From Abditibacterium sp. (GTDB lineage: Bacteria > Armatimonadota > Abditibacteriia > Abditibacteriales > Abditibacteriaceae), in NCBI GenBank assembly GCA_965199495.1, contig CBDASK010000003.1, positions 96,001 through 160,000 on the forward strand: DNA of 64,000 nucleotides, in the 5' to 3' direction. Below the pieces are notes generated by a model, which saw only the letters and a program-made list of their open reading frames with translations, did no database searches and had not been told where the DNA came from. The stretch's first letter is position 1, and each line of letters opens with the position of its first letter. Both the position numbers and the translations under genes were made by a program. This document shows positions 17,486 to 27,973 of this stretch, one piece after another.

Positions 17486-18736
17486 ATGTCCGCCACCAAC
17501 GCCTGGATTAACGCACTGGAACAGCTCGATAACGTCGCCACGCGCATTAACCTCGAACCCAATTTGCACGCGCGTTTGCGCCAACCGCAACGCGCCCTCG
17601 AAGTTGCGATTCCCGTGGCGATGGACAATGGCAGCGAGCAGATTTTTACCGGTTATCGCGTGCAGCACAACTTGGCGCGCGGCCCGGCCAAGGGCGGCAT
17701 GCGCTATTCGTTGGCCGTTGACCAAGACGAAGTCAAGGCTCTGGCGATGTGGATGACGTGGAAATGTGCCGTCGTTTCGATTCCCTACGGCGGCGCCAAA
17801 GGCGGAGTGACGGTGGATACCAAAGCTTTGTCGCCCGCCGAGTTGGAGCGTTTGACGCGCCGTTTTGTCGCCGAATTGTTGCCGATTATCGGGCCGGAAA
17901 AAGATATTCCCGCGCCCGATGTCGGCACCAACGCGCAGGTCATGGCGTGGATGATGGACGCTTATTCGAGCTATTTGGGTTATAGCGTGCCGAGCGTGGT
18001 GACCGGCAAACCGCTCTCGATTGGCGGCAGCGCGGGCCGCGAAGAAGCCACCGGGCGCGGCGTGGCTATCGTCGCGCGCGAGATGGCGCGTCGCACCGGT
18101 CTGACTTTGTCGGGCGCCAGCGTCGTGGTTCAAGGCTTTGGTAACGTCGGCGGCGCGACGGCACAAATTCTCAGCAAAGAATTCGGTTGCCGCATCGTCG
18201 GTATTTCCGATGCGAGCGGCGCGTTTTACCATCCCAAAGGTTTCGACATCGCCGATTTGCTGCAACGCGCGCCCAGCCACGGCAGCTTGCCCGCGCCCAT
18301 GCCCGGCGACAAAGTCAACGCGGACGAGTTTTTGAGTTTGCCCTGCGACATCTTGATTCCCGCCGCGCTGGAAAACCAGATCACGCGCGACAACGCCGCG
18401 CAAATTCGCCCAAAAATGATCGTCGAAGCCGCCAACGGCCCGACGACGCCCGCCGCCGACATCATTCTGCGCGAGAACGGCGTGACGGTCGTGCCCGACA
18501 TTTTGGCCAACGCGGGCGGCGTGACCGTGAGTTATTTCGAGTGGGTGCAGGGCCGCGACGAATATTTTTGGAGCGCCGAAGAAGTCAATTTGCGTCTGGA
18601 GAAAATTATGGTCAACGCGTGCAACGAAGTCTGGACAATCGCGCAACGAGAAAACGCCGATTTGCGCATGGCGGCCTATATTTCGGGCGTGGGCCGCGTC
18701 GCCGAAGCGATTCGCACGCGCGGAATTTATCGTTAG
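17486..18736 (+). CDS. gdhA: Glu/Leu/Phe/Val dehydrogenase (glutamate dehydrogenase)
   Basis: GPAKGGMRY, PYGGAKGGV, DIPAPDVGT, QGFGNVG, EAANGP, NAGGVTVSYFEW. Confidence 0.93.
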   Translation: MSATNAWINALEQLDNVATRINLEPNLHARLRQPQRALEVAIPVAMDNGSEQIFTGYRVQHNLARGPAKGGMRYSLAVDQDEVKALAMWMTWKCAVVSIPYGGAKGGVTVDTKALSPAELERLTRRFVAELLPIIGPEKDIPAPDVGTNAQVMAWMMDAYSSYLGYSVPSVVTGKPLSIGGSAGREEATGRGVAIVAREMARRTGLTLSGASVVVQGFGNVGGATAQILSKEFGCRIVGISDASGAFYHPKGFDIADLLQRAPSHGSLPAPMPGDKVNADEFLSLPCDILIPAALENQITRDNAAQIRPKMIVEAANGPTTPAADIILRENGVTVVPDILANAGGVTVSYFEWVQGRDEYFWSAEEVNLRLEKIMVNACNEVWTIAQRENADLRMAAYISGVGRVAEAIRTRGIYR

Positions 18737-18771
18737 AAAGTTGTTGTTTTTAGAAGTCACGCATCTATCTC

Positions 18772-18905
18772 CGCCCGTCATTTCGAGCGAAGCCGAGAAA
18801 TCTTGCGGCCCCGCGCCAGCGGAAATGCTGCGATAGCCTGATTGCTCTGAACTTGCGCTACCGCGCGGGCAAAAGATTTCTCGGCTTCGCTCGAAATGAC
18901 GGGCG
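18772..18905. repeat. Palindromic element family A
   Basis: CGCCC-GTCATTTCGAGCGAAGCCGAGAAATCT...AGATTTCTCGGCTTCGCTCGAAATGAC-GGGCG. Confidence 0.9.
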
Positions 18906-18943
18906 AGGCCAATTGCGTAACTCCAACTAAACTGACTTGCACC

Positions 18944-19423
18944 TCAATACGTCCGGCTGCCCGCCGTTGCGCGCCAGAAATGGAGCAAATCCAAACATTC
19001 GTCGCGCAGAAAATCGGGCGCGATTTCGACTTTGCTGCCGCCCAACTCTTTCATCTGAAAATTAGAAATCGTCAGTTCGTTAAAACCCAGCGCCTGCACA
19101 TCGGCGATAGACGTGCCGTAATAAATCTTGGCGACGCGCGCCCAGTTGAGCGCGGCGAAACACATCGGGCACGGCTCGGTCGTGGTATAAACATCGGCGC
19201 CTTCGAGCAGATGCGTTTCCAATTGCGCGCACGCCGCGCGAATCGCCTCGACTTCGGCGTGCGCCGTCGGATCGTGATGCGCCAGAACGTGATTGCTGGC
19301 AACCGCTAAAATTTCGCCGTCGCGCACGATGCACGCGCCAAAAGGCCCGCCCGCGCCGCGTGCGACGCTTTCGCGCGCGGCGTCTATCGCGGCGCGCATC
19401 CAGATTTCGGGAGAATTGTTCAT
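18944..19423 (-). CDS. Zinc-dependent nucleoside/guanine deaminase
   Basis: GGPFGA, DPTAHAE, EPCPMC. Confidence 0.9.
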   Translation of the reverse strand: MNNSPEIWMRAAIDAARESVARGAGGPFGACIVRDGEILAVASNHVLAHHDPTAHAEVEAIRAACAQLETHLLEGADVYTTTEPCPMCFAALNWARVAKIYYGTSIADVQALGFNELTISNFQMKELGGSKVEIAPDFLRDECLDLLHFWRATAGSRTY

Positions 19424-19474
19424 AGTCCAATTGAAGTAAAATTAAGAGGCGCCACCGCCCGCTCAGATTTTTTC

Positions 19475-21433
19475 ATGGCCACTTTATCTTTCGAGTCCAA
19501 TCCCGTTTTGATCCGCGAATTGCGCGCCAACCTGCGCAACGCGCGCGCCTTTGGCCTGTTGGCGCTTTATGTCGCGCTTTTGGGCGCCGTCGTGACGGCC
19601 AACTTTCCCGGCGATACCGCAATTGACCTGCAATCCGATGGCGGCGCGCGCGGGCGCGAATTGTTCTCGTGGTTGTTTGGTGGCCAAATCGCGCTCATCT
19701 TGGCAATTTTGCCCGCGCTTTCGACCGGCGCGTTAGCCCAAGAACGCGAGCGACAAACGTTGCAACCGCTGATTCTGACGCCGCTCTCGCCGCTGCAAAT
19801 CGTGTGGGGCAAAGCGGGCGGCGTATTGTCTTTGGTCGGTTTGATGTTGCTGGCGACTTTGCCGTTGACTTCGCTCTGTTTTTTGCTGGGCGGCGTGGAT
19901 ACCGGCATGCTCGTCGCGGCTTATTCGGCGATTCTGGGGTTGGCGGTTTTTACCACAGGTTTTGGGCTTTACTGCTCGGCGCGCTGGCAAACGGCGACGC
20001 GCGCGCTGATGACCTGCTACGCTCTTTTACCCATCGTCATCGCTTTGGTTATGGTGGCGTTGCCGTTGGGCGCGCTGTTTTCGGGATTATTCTGTCTGTT
20101 TTTGCTGTTTTACGGATTGGTGCAACTGTTCCAGAAAGGCCGCGAAGCGCCGCTCGCCCAGCGGTTCGGGCGCGTTTACGGCAGCGCGATTTATGGGGCG
20201 ACGCCGCTCATTTTTCTCGGATTATTGTGGCTGATGTGGGCCGACCGCAACATCGGTTTGATCGTGATCGGCATCGGTTTCGTGCTGTCGTATTTCGTGA
20301 TGGTGACGCAGTGGGGTTTGCTGCAAACCGCGCGCGAACTGATGACGCGCGTTGACCCCGAAGCCTCGGCGCGCCAGAAAGTTGAGGAGTTCAAAGAAGA
20401 TTGGCGCGCCGCCATCGCCCCACCGGTCTACCTGCCGGGCGATGCAGCCACGTCGCCCTCGTCCGCAACGCCAACGGGCGAATGGGCGCCAATTGATACC
20501 GCTCCCAAACCCGCGCCCCACCCGACAATCGCGCCCGCTCCGGCGCCGGTTGTTGCCAAAAAAGCGGCGGCGACTTATGGCGTGACGCCATTTTTGTCGG
20601 ACAACATGAACCCGATTTACGCGCGCGAATTGCGTTCGGGTTTGCTGGGCAAGTTTCAATATCTGTTTAAATTTGGCTACGGAGTCACGCTTTTGAGCGA
20701 AGTTGGGCTGTTGCTGTTTTTGCTGGCTGGATTGTGGAATCCCGATTGGCTGGTCGTTGATTTGGCCGGGCCGTTTGTGTTGTGGGGCCGCTTGCACTTG
20801 GCGCTCTTGATGATTTTCGCGGCATGGTTTGGCGCGCGCGCCATCGCGCCCGAACGCGAGGGCCAAACGTTGGCGCAGCTTTTCACGATTCCCCTGCCCG
20901 CGTCCAAAATCGTCGGTGGCAAAATGGGCGCGGTCTTGACGTTCACGCTCTACGTGTGGATTTTGGCGGTGCCGCTCGCTTTGCTGTGCGGAATGTTGGA
21001 CTTGGTGCCGTGGAAATTGGCGCTTCGATTTATCTGCGCCGAAGTCGTGCTGGGGCTGGCGGCGGCGGCTTGGGGTTTGTATTGTTCGTTCCACTCGGAG
21101 ACCGTGCGCCGCGCTCTGGCGATGAGTCTGGGCGGCGTGGCTGCTTTGCTGGTGGCGCATACCCTCGTTTCTCCGTTGTGGAGTTTGTTGGCTACCCTCA
21201 AAGTCGTGAGCGGCACGGTGGGCGCGCAATTCTGGCGTGGGCTGTTTCCGACTTCGTTGGTATTCGGGCCAAATGCCACCAATCTGGGCAGTGGTTTAAG
21301 CGTGGTGTACGCTCCCAATAGCGCGATTGCCTACCCGCTGTTGCCGTGGCCGTTGGCGATTTATCTGGTTTTAGCGATCGTTTTGCTGGCGCTGACGGCG
21401 CGCGATTTTCAAAAGCTGGCGCGCGAATCGTAG
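19475..21433 (+). CDS. ABC-2 type transporter permease with internally duplicated domains
   Basis: Two homologous halves (NPVLIRELR...ERERQTL...GK and NPIYARELR...EREGQTL...GK) separated by a Pro-rich linker. Confidence 0.8.
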   Translation: MATLSFESNPVLIRELRANLRNARAFGLLALYVALLGAVVTANFPGDTAIDLQSDGGARGRELFSWLFGGQIALILAILPALSTGALAQERERQTLQPLILTPLSPLQIVWGKAGGVLSLVGLMLLATLPLTSLCFLLGGVDTGMLVAAYSAILGLAVFTTGFGLYCSARWQTATRALMTCYALLPIVIALVMVALPLGALFSGLFCLFLLFYGLVQLFQKGREAPLAQRFGRVYGSAIYGATPLIFLGLLWLMWADRNIGLIVIGIGFVLSYFVMVTQWGLLQTARELMTRVDPEASARQKVEEFKEDWRAAIAPPVYLPGDAATSPSSATPTGEWAPIDTAPKPAPHPTIAPAPAPVVAKKAAATYGVTPFLSDNMNPIYARELRSGLLGKFQYLFKFGYGVTLLSEVGLLLFLLAGLWNPDWLVVDLAGPFVLWGRLHLALLMIFAAWFGARAIAPEREGQTLAQLFTIPLPASKIVGGKMGAVLTFTLYVWILAVPLALLCGMLDLVPWKLALRFICAEVVLGLAAAAWGLYCSFHSETVRRALAMSLGGVAALLVAHTLVSPLWSLLATLKVVSGTVGAQFWRGLFPTSLVFGPNATNLGSGLSVVYAPNSAIAYPLLPWPLAIYLVLAIVLLALTARDFQKLARES

Positions 21434-21470
21434 CGGAGAAGTCGCCTTCACGCTCAGCATAGACGCTCTC

Positions 21471-21618
21471 ATTGTCAAGGGTGCGGCGTGAAGAATGAAC
21501 GAAGTCGAAAAATCCACGACTCTGGATGAGACCAAAGCGAAGTCAACGCGCGACCACTGTATTTTTCGACTTCGTCCCTTCGACTTCGTTCGTTCCTCGC
21601 GCCGCTCCGAATGATAAT
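21471..21618. repeat. Degenerate palindromic element family B
   Basis: GAACGAAGTCGAAAAATCCAC arm, spacer homologous to the 33651 and 62277 copies, internal TTCGACTTCGT duplication. Confidence 0.8.
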
Positions 21619-21702
21619 AAAGCGCGATTCAGCATTTGCACACAGCGTTAATTAACGACGGATTTGCCTCACGTTGGCCAAAAATCTGGCGCTCTCAGTT
21701 TC

Positions 21703-24700
21703 ATGAAATTCTCTTTGCCCCTCGTCAACAATTCGCCGCAGGCTTCGGCGTGGCACGGGCGCGCGACTTGGGGCATGACGCTGGGGCTGATTATCGCGCT
21801 GACGTTGCTGTTGCTGCTGCGCCCCGGATTTCTGGGCGGTGTAACGGGCGCGCTCGAATATGACACGCTCGATTTTTGGTTTCGTTTGCGCGCCGAGCGG
21901 CCTTCGGAAGCAGTCGCGGTGCTGGCCGTGGACGAAGCGACGGTGCGTCGCTGGCAGGGCCGCACATTCGATGGTCACGACCTCGCCACGCTGGTGCGCG
22001 CGTTGGATAAAGCGGGCGTGCGCGCCATCGCGCTTAACTTTCCGCAACTGGGCGACTTGAAATTACAGGTCAATGGACAAGACGAATTGGCCGCCGCCAT
22101 GCGCGCCCAGGGCGCGGTGACGTTGCCGCTCCAGTTCGGGTCGGAAGAGTGGCGGATTCCGGCGATACCGCGCGGCAAAAGCGAAATTTGGACGCCCGCC
22201 AACAACAATTATCAGCAAAGACCCGGCGTGCAACGCTTTGCCCTCGCGCCCGCAAAGAACGAGGAATTGGCGACGCTCGCGCCGCAGATGAACGGAAAAT
22301 GGGATTTGCGAGCCGCCTCGGACAAATTACTCAATGCGGCGGCGGGCGCGGGACACCTCAACTTCACCTTCGACCGCTTCGGACGCGCGCGCCAGTTGCC
22401 GATGTATATGGGACATAACGGCCTGTTTTATCCGGCATTTGCGATGGAAACGGTGCGCGTCGCGACCAAGGGCAAAGTCTCCAACGAGGGCACATTCCTG
22501 CTCAACTATCCGTATGGCCGCGATTCCACGATGACGCAGGACGGCGCCGAAACGGTGGATCAGTCGCCGATCAATCAGCCGTTTTCCATCGTTTCGATAG
22601 ACGATGCGCTCCGCGATCCGCGTTTGCTCAAACCGATGAAAAATCGTGTGGTTGTCGTGGGCGTGACGGCGCCGGGCTTGTCGTCGCGCTATCCGACACC
22701 CGATGGCGCGCGCATCTCCTCGACCGAACTGCACGCCATCGCGATGGAAAACCTGCTGTCGGGCGCCATGCTGCACCGCGCGCCCGAAATCATGCTGTGG
22801 ATATTCACGCTTTTGCCCGCCATCGTCGTGGGCGGGTTGGCCTCGTCGCGCCCGCCCGCGTGGAGCGGCATCGTCGCGCTCATCTGCATCGTCACCATCG
22901 CTTTGGCTTCGCTGGGATTGTTTACCCAAAATTTGTGGCTCGACACCACGGTGCCGTGGCTGACTATCGCGTTGACGTTCGTGGTTGGCGTTATCGGGCG
23001 CGCGCGGCGCCAGGAACGTGAGACGACGCACATCCATTCGACCGTTGAGGCGCTGACCAACGTGTCGGACATCGTGGCGGCTCAGACGCGCGGGGACGAT
23101 CTACTCGACCGCGTTTTGCATTTCGCCGCGCAGGTCTTGAACGCCCAAGGCGCCTCGGCGCTGTTGCTCGACGAGGCGGGCGAAGAGCTGACGTTTTGCG
23201 CGGCGTTGGGCACACACTCCGACCGGTTGCTGGGATTGCGCGTCAAAATGGGCGAGGGCGTTGTGGGCCGCGTCGCGCAGAGCGGACAAGTCGCTATCGT
23301 CAACGACGTGTTGGAAGACGAGCGCTTCACCAAGCGCATTGACGCGCGCACCGGCTTCAACACGCAAAGTTTGCTGTGTGTGCCGCTTAAAGCGCAGGAG
23401 CGGATTTTGGGCGTCATCGAAGTCGTCAATCGCACCGATGGCTCGACTTTTTCGCGCGCCGACGCCGAAGTTTTGCAGGCCGTGGCCAATCAGGCGGCGA
23501 TTGCCCTCGATAACGCGCGTTTATACGACCGCTTGGAACAGCGCGTCGAAGAATCGCAGGACGCCTTGGCCGTTGCCAACCGGCAGTTGCAGGCCGATAA
23601 AACGTTGTTGCAAACCGTGTTGCATTCGATGACCGATGGCGTCGTCGTGACCGATGGCGAGGGGCAAATTCAATTGATCAATCCCGCCGCGCAGATGCTG
23701 GTGCCCGAACTGGAGCGCGATGTTCTGGGAGAAAAACTTTCGCTGGTTTTGCAAGATTTTCCTCTGGGCGCTACTCAGATAAATAGCCTCTATTTAACCG
23801 GCGACGACACAGCCACCGGCAGCAACCCGGTGACGATTTATCGCGGCGGGGCCGAAGCGGTGCGTTCGATTGAGGGACGAGTGGCGCCGTTGCAAACGCC
23901 CGATGGCGATTTCGGCGGTTTGGTCGCGGTCTTTGCCGACATTACCCAACGTAAGCAAGTCGAACAGGCCAAAAGCGATTTCGTCTCGTTCGTCGCGCAC
24001 GAAATGCGCTCGCCGTTGACTTCGATTTCAGGATTTTCGGCGATGCTGCAACGCTCTGAAACCGGTTCTGCCGAAAGTAAATCGGCCCTGCCTGCCGCCT
24101 CGCGCGGTCGGTTTCTGGGCCTGATTCACAGCGAAGCCGAACGATTGACGCGCCTGATTAACAACTTGCTCGATGTCGCGCGTTTGGAAGCCGGACGCGC
24201 CATCGAAATCAATCTCGACGAGTTCGATTTCGCGCCGCTCGCCCGCCTCGCGTTGGAATCGCAGCGCGCCTATTCGAGCCGCCACACGCTCGTGGCTGAC
24301 TTGCCGCCCGACCTGCCGCCGCTCTCTGCCGATGCCGACAAGGTCACGCAAATCTTGATCAATCTGACTTCCAACGCGCTGAAATATTCGCCTGGCGGCA
24401 CGGTGACTTTGCGCGCGCACGTTTTGGAAGGGGAAACAGAAGAGCAAAAGTGGCTCGAAGTTTCCATCAGCGATCAAGGCCCCGGCATCGCGCCCGAACA
24501 ACGCGAGACATTATTTTCGCGATTCGGTCGCACGCCCGCCGTAGCCACCGGCACGGGCGCCCGTTCTAAACCGACCGGCACGGGGCTGGGTTTGTTTCTC
24601 ACTAAATATTTGGTCGAGGCGCACGGTGGCAAAATTTGGGTCAAAAGCGAAACCGGCGAAGGCGCGACTTTCGTTTTCACTCTGCCCATAGCCCACAAAA

Positions 24701-24714
24701 TAGAAAACGCGTAA
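21703..24714 (+). CDS. CHASE2-GAF-PAS sensor histidine kinase
   Basis: CHASE2-like N-terminus plus 3 TM, GAF (LLCVPL...GVIEVVN), PAS, HisKA AHEMRSPL, NALKY, DQGPG, GTGLGL. Confidence 0.9.
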   Translation: MKFSLPLVNNSPQASAWHGRATWGMTLGLIIALTLLLLLRPGFLGGVTGALEYDTLDFWFRLRAERPSEAVAVLAVDEATVRRWQGRTFDGHDLATLVRALDKAGVRAIALNFPQLGDLKLQVNGQDELAAAMRAQGAVTLPLQFGSEEWRIPAIPRGKSEIWTPANNNYQQRPGVQRFALAPAKNEELATLAPQMNGKWDLRAASDKLLNAAAGAGHLNFTFDRFGRARQLPMYMGHNGLFYPAFAMETVRVATKGKVSNEGTFLLNYPYGRDSTMTQDGAETVDQSPINQPFSIVSIDDALRDPRLLKPMKNRVVVVGVTAPGLSSRYPTPDGARISSTELHAIAMENLLSGAMLHRAPEIMLWIFTLLPAIVVGGLASSRPPAWSGIVALICIVTIALASLGLFTQNLWLDTTVPWLTIALTFVVGVIGRARRQERETTHIHSTVEALTNVSDIVAAQTRGDDLLDRVLHFAAQVLNAQGASALLLDEAGEELTFCAALGTHSDRLLGLRVKMGEGVVGRVAQSGQVAIVNDVLEDERFTKRIDARTGFNTQSLLCVPLKAQERILGVIEVVNRTDGSTFSRADAEVLQAVANQAAIALDNARLYDRLEQRVEESQDALAVANRQLQADKTLLQTVLHSMTDGVVVTDGEGQIQLINPAAQMLVPELERDVLGEKLSLVLQDFPLGATQINSLYLTGDDTATGSNPVTIYRGGAEAVRSIEGRVAPLQTPDGDFGGLVAVFADITQRKQVEQAKSDFVSFVAHEMRSPLTSISGFSAMLQRSETGSAESKSALPAASRGRFLGLIHSEAERLTRLINNLLDVARLEAGRAIEINLDEFDFAPLARLALESQRAYSSRHTLVADLPPDLPPLSADADKVTQILINLTSNALKYSPGGTVTLRAHVLEGETEEQKWLEVSISDQGPGIAPEQRETLFSRFGRTPAVATGTGARSKPTGTGLGLFLTKYLVEAHGGKIWVKSETGEGATFVFTLPIAHKIENA

Positions 24715-24878
24715 AGTCGAGATTTAGGGATGAATCTTGAGAGAGTCATTATTTTAGTCGCAAATTTTAGGTGTTTCCAGTGTTTTCGGCATCGTATTTG
24801 AAATAACGAGGGCCGAACCGCGCTTTGAAAAATAACTTTTGAAATTTCAATCGCCCCAACTTTCGGAGGAACACAAAA

Positions 24879-25841
24879 ATGGCTGATACAATGAACGATA
24901 TGAACGATGACAATGTGCAACATGGGATTGACGACAACCCGCACGATGACGGTAAAAAAGGTTTGGAACTGGGCGCCTTAGGCGGCGGCACCGTCGGTGC
25001 AATTGCTGGCATGGCCGCAGGGCCGATTGGCGCGATTGTGGGCGCCATCGTCGGCGGCACGGCTGGCTCATTGGCTTCGGGCGCGGCGGTTGACGCCGTT
25101 GACGCAATTGACAACGACAACACCGTAACCGGCATCGGCATCGGCAGCGGCGCCACCCGCGATGTGGAAAACACCAGCGGCGTGACCAGCGAGCAGTTGC
25201 ACACTCACGGAAGCGGCGTGACGAGCGAGCGTTTGCATGCTGGCAACGATGTGCCCGGTGTTCAGACCGGCGGTGTAACCACAGCGGGTGCCGACACGCG
25301 CGGCATCATGGAAAAAACCGCCGATGCCATCACTGGCGACCGCACCGACGACAAAACCGGCGGCCAAGTGCTCGGCGATGACACTTTATCTGGCACAACC
25401 GGAGCTATGGGCGCAACTGGAATTATGGGCGCAACTGGAACTATGGGCGACACCATTCGCGACGGCGCGACCAAAGTCCAATTGGCCGCCGAAGAGTTGC
25501 ACGTAGACAAAGCCCGTCAGCAAGCGGGCGAAGTCGAAATTCACAAAGAAGTCGTGGAAGAACAGGTCGAAATCCCGGTCACTTTGCAGCACGAGGAAGT
25601 CGTCATTACTCGTCACGCCGTGAACCGCGATCTGGCGCCCGGCGAACGTGTAGCTGATATGAACGAAGATGAAGTCGTGCGCATTCCCGTTACGCAAGAA
25701 GTCGCCAACGTTACCAAAACCGCGCACGTTGTCGAAGAGGTCGAAGTCGGCAAGCGTGTTGTCAGCGAAGATCAAACCGTGTCGGGCACCGTCCGCCACG
25801 AAGAGATTGACATCAACGACACCACCAAACATAACCGCTAA
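24879..25841 (+). CDS. YsnF/AvaK (DUF2382) domain stress protein with N-terminal glycine zipper
   Basis: AAEELHVDK...GEVEIHKEVVEE...IPV...VRHEEIDI; GGAGG RBS. Confidence 0.85.
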   Translation: MADTMNDMNDDNVQHGIDDNPHDDGKKGLELGALGGGTVGAIAGMAAGPIGAIVGAIVGGTAGSLASGAAVDAVDAIDNDNTVTGIGIGSGATRDVENTSGVTSEQLHTHGSGVTSERLHAGNDVPGVQTGGVTTAGADTRGIMEKTADAITGDRTDDKTGGQVLGDDTLSGTTGAMGATGIMGATGTMGDTIRDGATKVQLAAEELHVDKARQQAGEVEIHKEVVEEQVEIPVTLQHEEVVITRHAVNRDLAPGERVADMNEDEVVRIPVTQEVANVTKTAHVVEEVEVGKRVVSEDQTVSGTVRHEEIDINDTTKHNR

Positions 25842-25856
25842 TATTTTAGCGCGAAT

Positions 25857-25889
25857 AAAAAGGCACTCGCGAAAGCGGGTGCCTTTTTT
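25857..25889 (+). terminator. Rho-independent terminator
   Basis: AAAAAGGCACTCGC-GAAA-GCGGGTGCCTTTTTT. Confidence 0.85.
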
Positions 25890-26010
25890 GTTTGTGGAAT
25901 TGGTTTGATAGAGAGCCTGTGCCCGCTTTCGCGGACAGGTTGCCTAACCAATTTGTCATTAGCTAAATTTCAAGCGTAATAGAGGCGCGAGCGCTTAACT
26001 AAGAAGCGCT

Positions 26011-26694
26011 TTGAAATTACCTTCTCTTTTCGCTTTCGTAGCGGCTTCCACACTTATCGCCGGACTTGGCGCGCAGGCCCAACAATCTGACGCTCCTACT
26101 CCGAGTGCCGTGCCAGTGGCTGTTATGCCCAACGCGTCGAATTACGCTTTTGATGCGACCGCGCCGTCCGATGTATCATCTCTCAATCGCACGAGCGGTC
26201 GCGATTCTTCGTTGGCCAAGTTCGCGTCGGGCGCGGGCACTTATCTCTTTTTGGGCGCGGGCACGTTGCTTCCCTTGGTCGAAGACGGCAAAGACGGTCA
26301 ACAACACGCGATTCGCACGGCGGACGCGTTGATTTCTTCGACGATAATCGCCGAAGGTTTGAAGCGCGTTGTCCACAAAAAGCGTCCCGACGGCAGCGAT
26401 TATCAATCGTTTCCATCGGGCCACGCGACGGCAGTTTTCGCCGTCGCCACCATGCAAGCGCACTATCATCCCAAACAGGCCATTCTTTGGTATGCCGGAG
26501 CGACCGCCATTTCCGCCTCGCGCGTCACGTTGCGCAAACATGACACATTCGATGTTTTGGCCGGAGCCGCGCTGGGATATGCGGGCGCGCGTCTCGAACT
26601 GGGCCAGAATCGCGGTTTGATTTTGCGACCATTCGTTCATCAAGGCGCGCCCGATAATCGCGTGACAGGCGTGAGCGTTTCCAAATCGTTTTAG
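26011..26694 (+). CDS. PAP2 family phosphatase, exported
   Basis: KxxxxxxRP, SFPSGHA, SRVxxxxHxxxDV. Confidence 0.88.
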   Translation: MKLPSLFAFVAASTLIAGLGAQAQQSDAPTPSAVPVAVMPNASNYAFDATAPSDVSSLNRTSGRDSSLAKFASGAGTYLFLGAGTLLPLVEDGKDGQQHAIRTADALISSTIIAEGLKRVVHKKRPDGSDYQSFPSGHATAVFAVATMQAHYHPKQAILWYAGATAISASRVTLRKHDTFDVLAGAALGYAGARLELGQNRGLILRPFVHQGAPDNRVTGVSVSKSF

Positions 26695-26862
26695 GATTCG
26701 TCAACTTGGCAGTTCGCAGGCTTTTAAGCTACGAAAAGGGGAGGGAGCCAACTGCACAACTACTATAAATTTATAACAGCTTTAATAGCGGGTCACACGC
26801 GTAAAGTTGATGTAGACAACGCAAACTCAGAGTTACGTCTGCTCTACTCATCCACTTTTCGT

Positions 26863-27690
26863 TTACTCGAACTCTTTGAGCGCCTCTTCGCCGACTTCGT
26901 CCGTCCACACTTTGAAGCCGGTTAAGAGCGCGCTGCCGTAACTCGTCGTCAGCGCGCAATCGGTGGCGTCGCGGCCATAGGCCATCACGATGCGACCGAT
27001 GCGGCGCTTGTTGTGGCGCGCGTCCATCGTCCACCAACGGTCGCCCAGATAAACCTGAAACCAGCCGCTAAAATCCATCGGCGCCGTGCTTTTGGGCACG
27101 CCGATGTCGCCCAGATAACCCGTCGTATAACGCGCCGGAATGTTCATGCAGCGACACAAAGTCAGAGCCGTATGCGCGAAATCGCGACACACGCCGACGC
27201 GCTCGGCGGTCACGTCGAACGCCGATTTGGTCGGGCGCGCGAAGGCGTAACCGAAGGTGACTTTTTCGTGAACCCAATTGCAAATCGCTTTGACGCGGCC
27301 CCAACCCGGCTCGGTATCGCCGAACAAATCCCAGGCGAGCGGCACCATCTTGTCCACTTCGCAGTAGCGCGAGTTGAGCAGAAATTGCAGGCACTCGTCG
27401 GGCAAATCTTCGACGGGATGCTGAATTTCGCCCTCGCCGTCAGGGCCGGGCAAACCGCTATCTTCAACAATGCCGTCGGCCCACAGGCGCAACCGTCCGG
27501 CGGGCGCTTTGATGCGCGTGCAGATATTACCGAACGAATCGGTGAATTGATGAACCGGAATTTCTGGTTCGATAAGAGAACGATAGGCCTTTACGTCGCC
27601 TTGACGGTCGGGCTGAATATCGAGCAAAAGGGTCATGGCGACCGGCTCTTTGAGGTCGAATGTGAGATCGTAACCAACGCGAATAAGCAT
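26863..27690 (-). CDS. Transglutaminase-like family protein
   Basis: SRYCEVD, GVCRDFAH, IPARYTTGYLGD, GRDATD. Confidence 0.9.
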   Translation of the reverse strand: MLIRVGYDLTFDLKEPVAMTLLLDIQPDRQGDVKAYRSLIEPEIPVHQFTDSFGNICTRIKAPAGRLRLWADGIVEDSGLPGPDGEGEIQHPVEDLPDECLQFLLNSRYCEVDKMVPLAWDLFGDTEPGWGRVKAICNWVHEKVTFGYAFARPTKSAFDVTAERVGVCRDFAHTALTLCRCMNIPARYTTGYLGDIGVPKSTAPMDFSGWFQVYLGDRWWTMDARHNKRRIGRIVMAYGRDATDCALTTSYGSALLTGFKVWTDEVGEEALKEFE

Positions 27691-27973
27691 GAATTTTCCA
27701 GTGTGAGGCTTGACAGCAGCCACCAGTAACCACCTTTAGAAATAAGTGGCATCCCGCGCGGCATTAAATTTCCTGTCAAGCAAAGTCTATTGCGCCAATC
27801 GCGGTTTAGAAGCCGCGAATTGAACGCGTTGGCGAGTATACTTTCGCCTTGTTAAATCGGTGTTTCGGGAAAATAAGGAACTTATAGCGGGGAACGAGAA
27901 GTTATGGCGAGCGAAGTGTTGACGCCTTGGTTCGCCCGTTCTCCTGCTCCCTTATTCTTGCCTCTATAAAAAT

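Noticed and set aside
17411..18781. 456-aa ORF antisense to gdhA (also 4076-5275 and 8568-9839)
   Set aside because: Long antisense frames are expected from GC-rich codon bias; no recognisable motifs.
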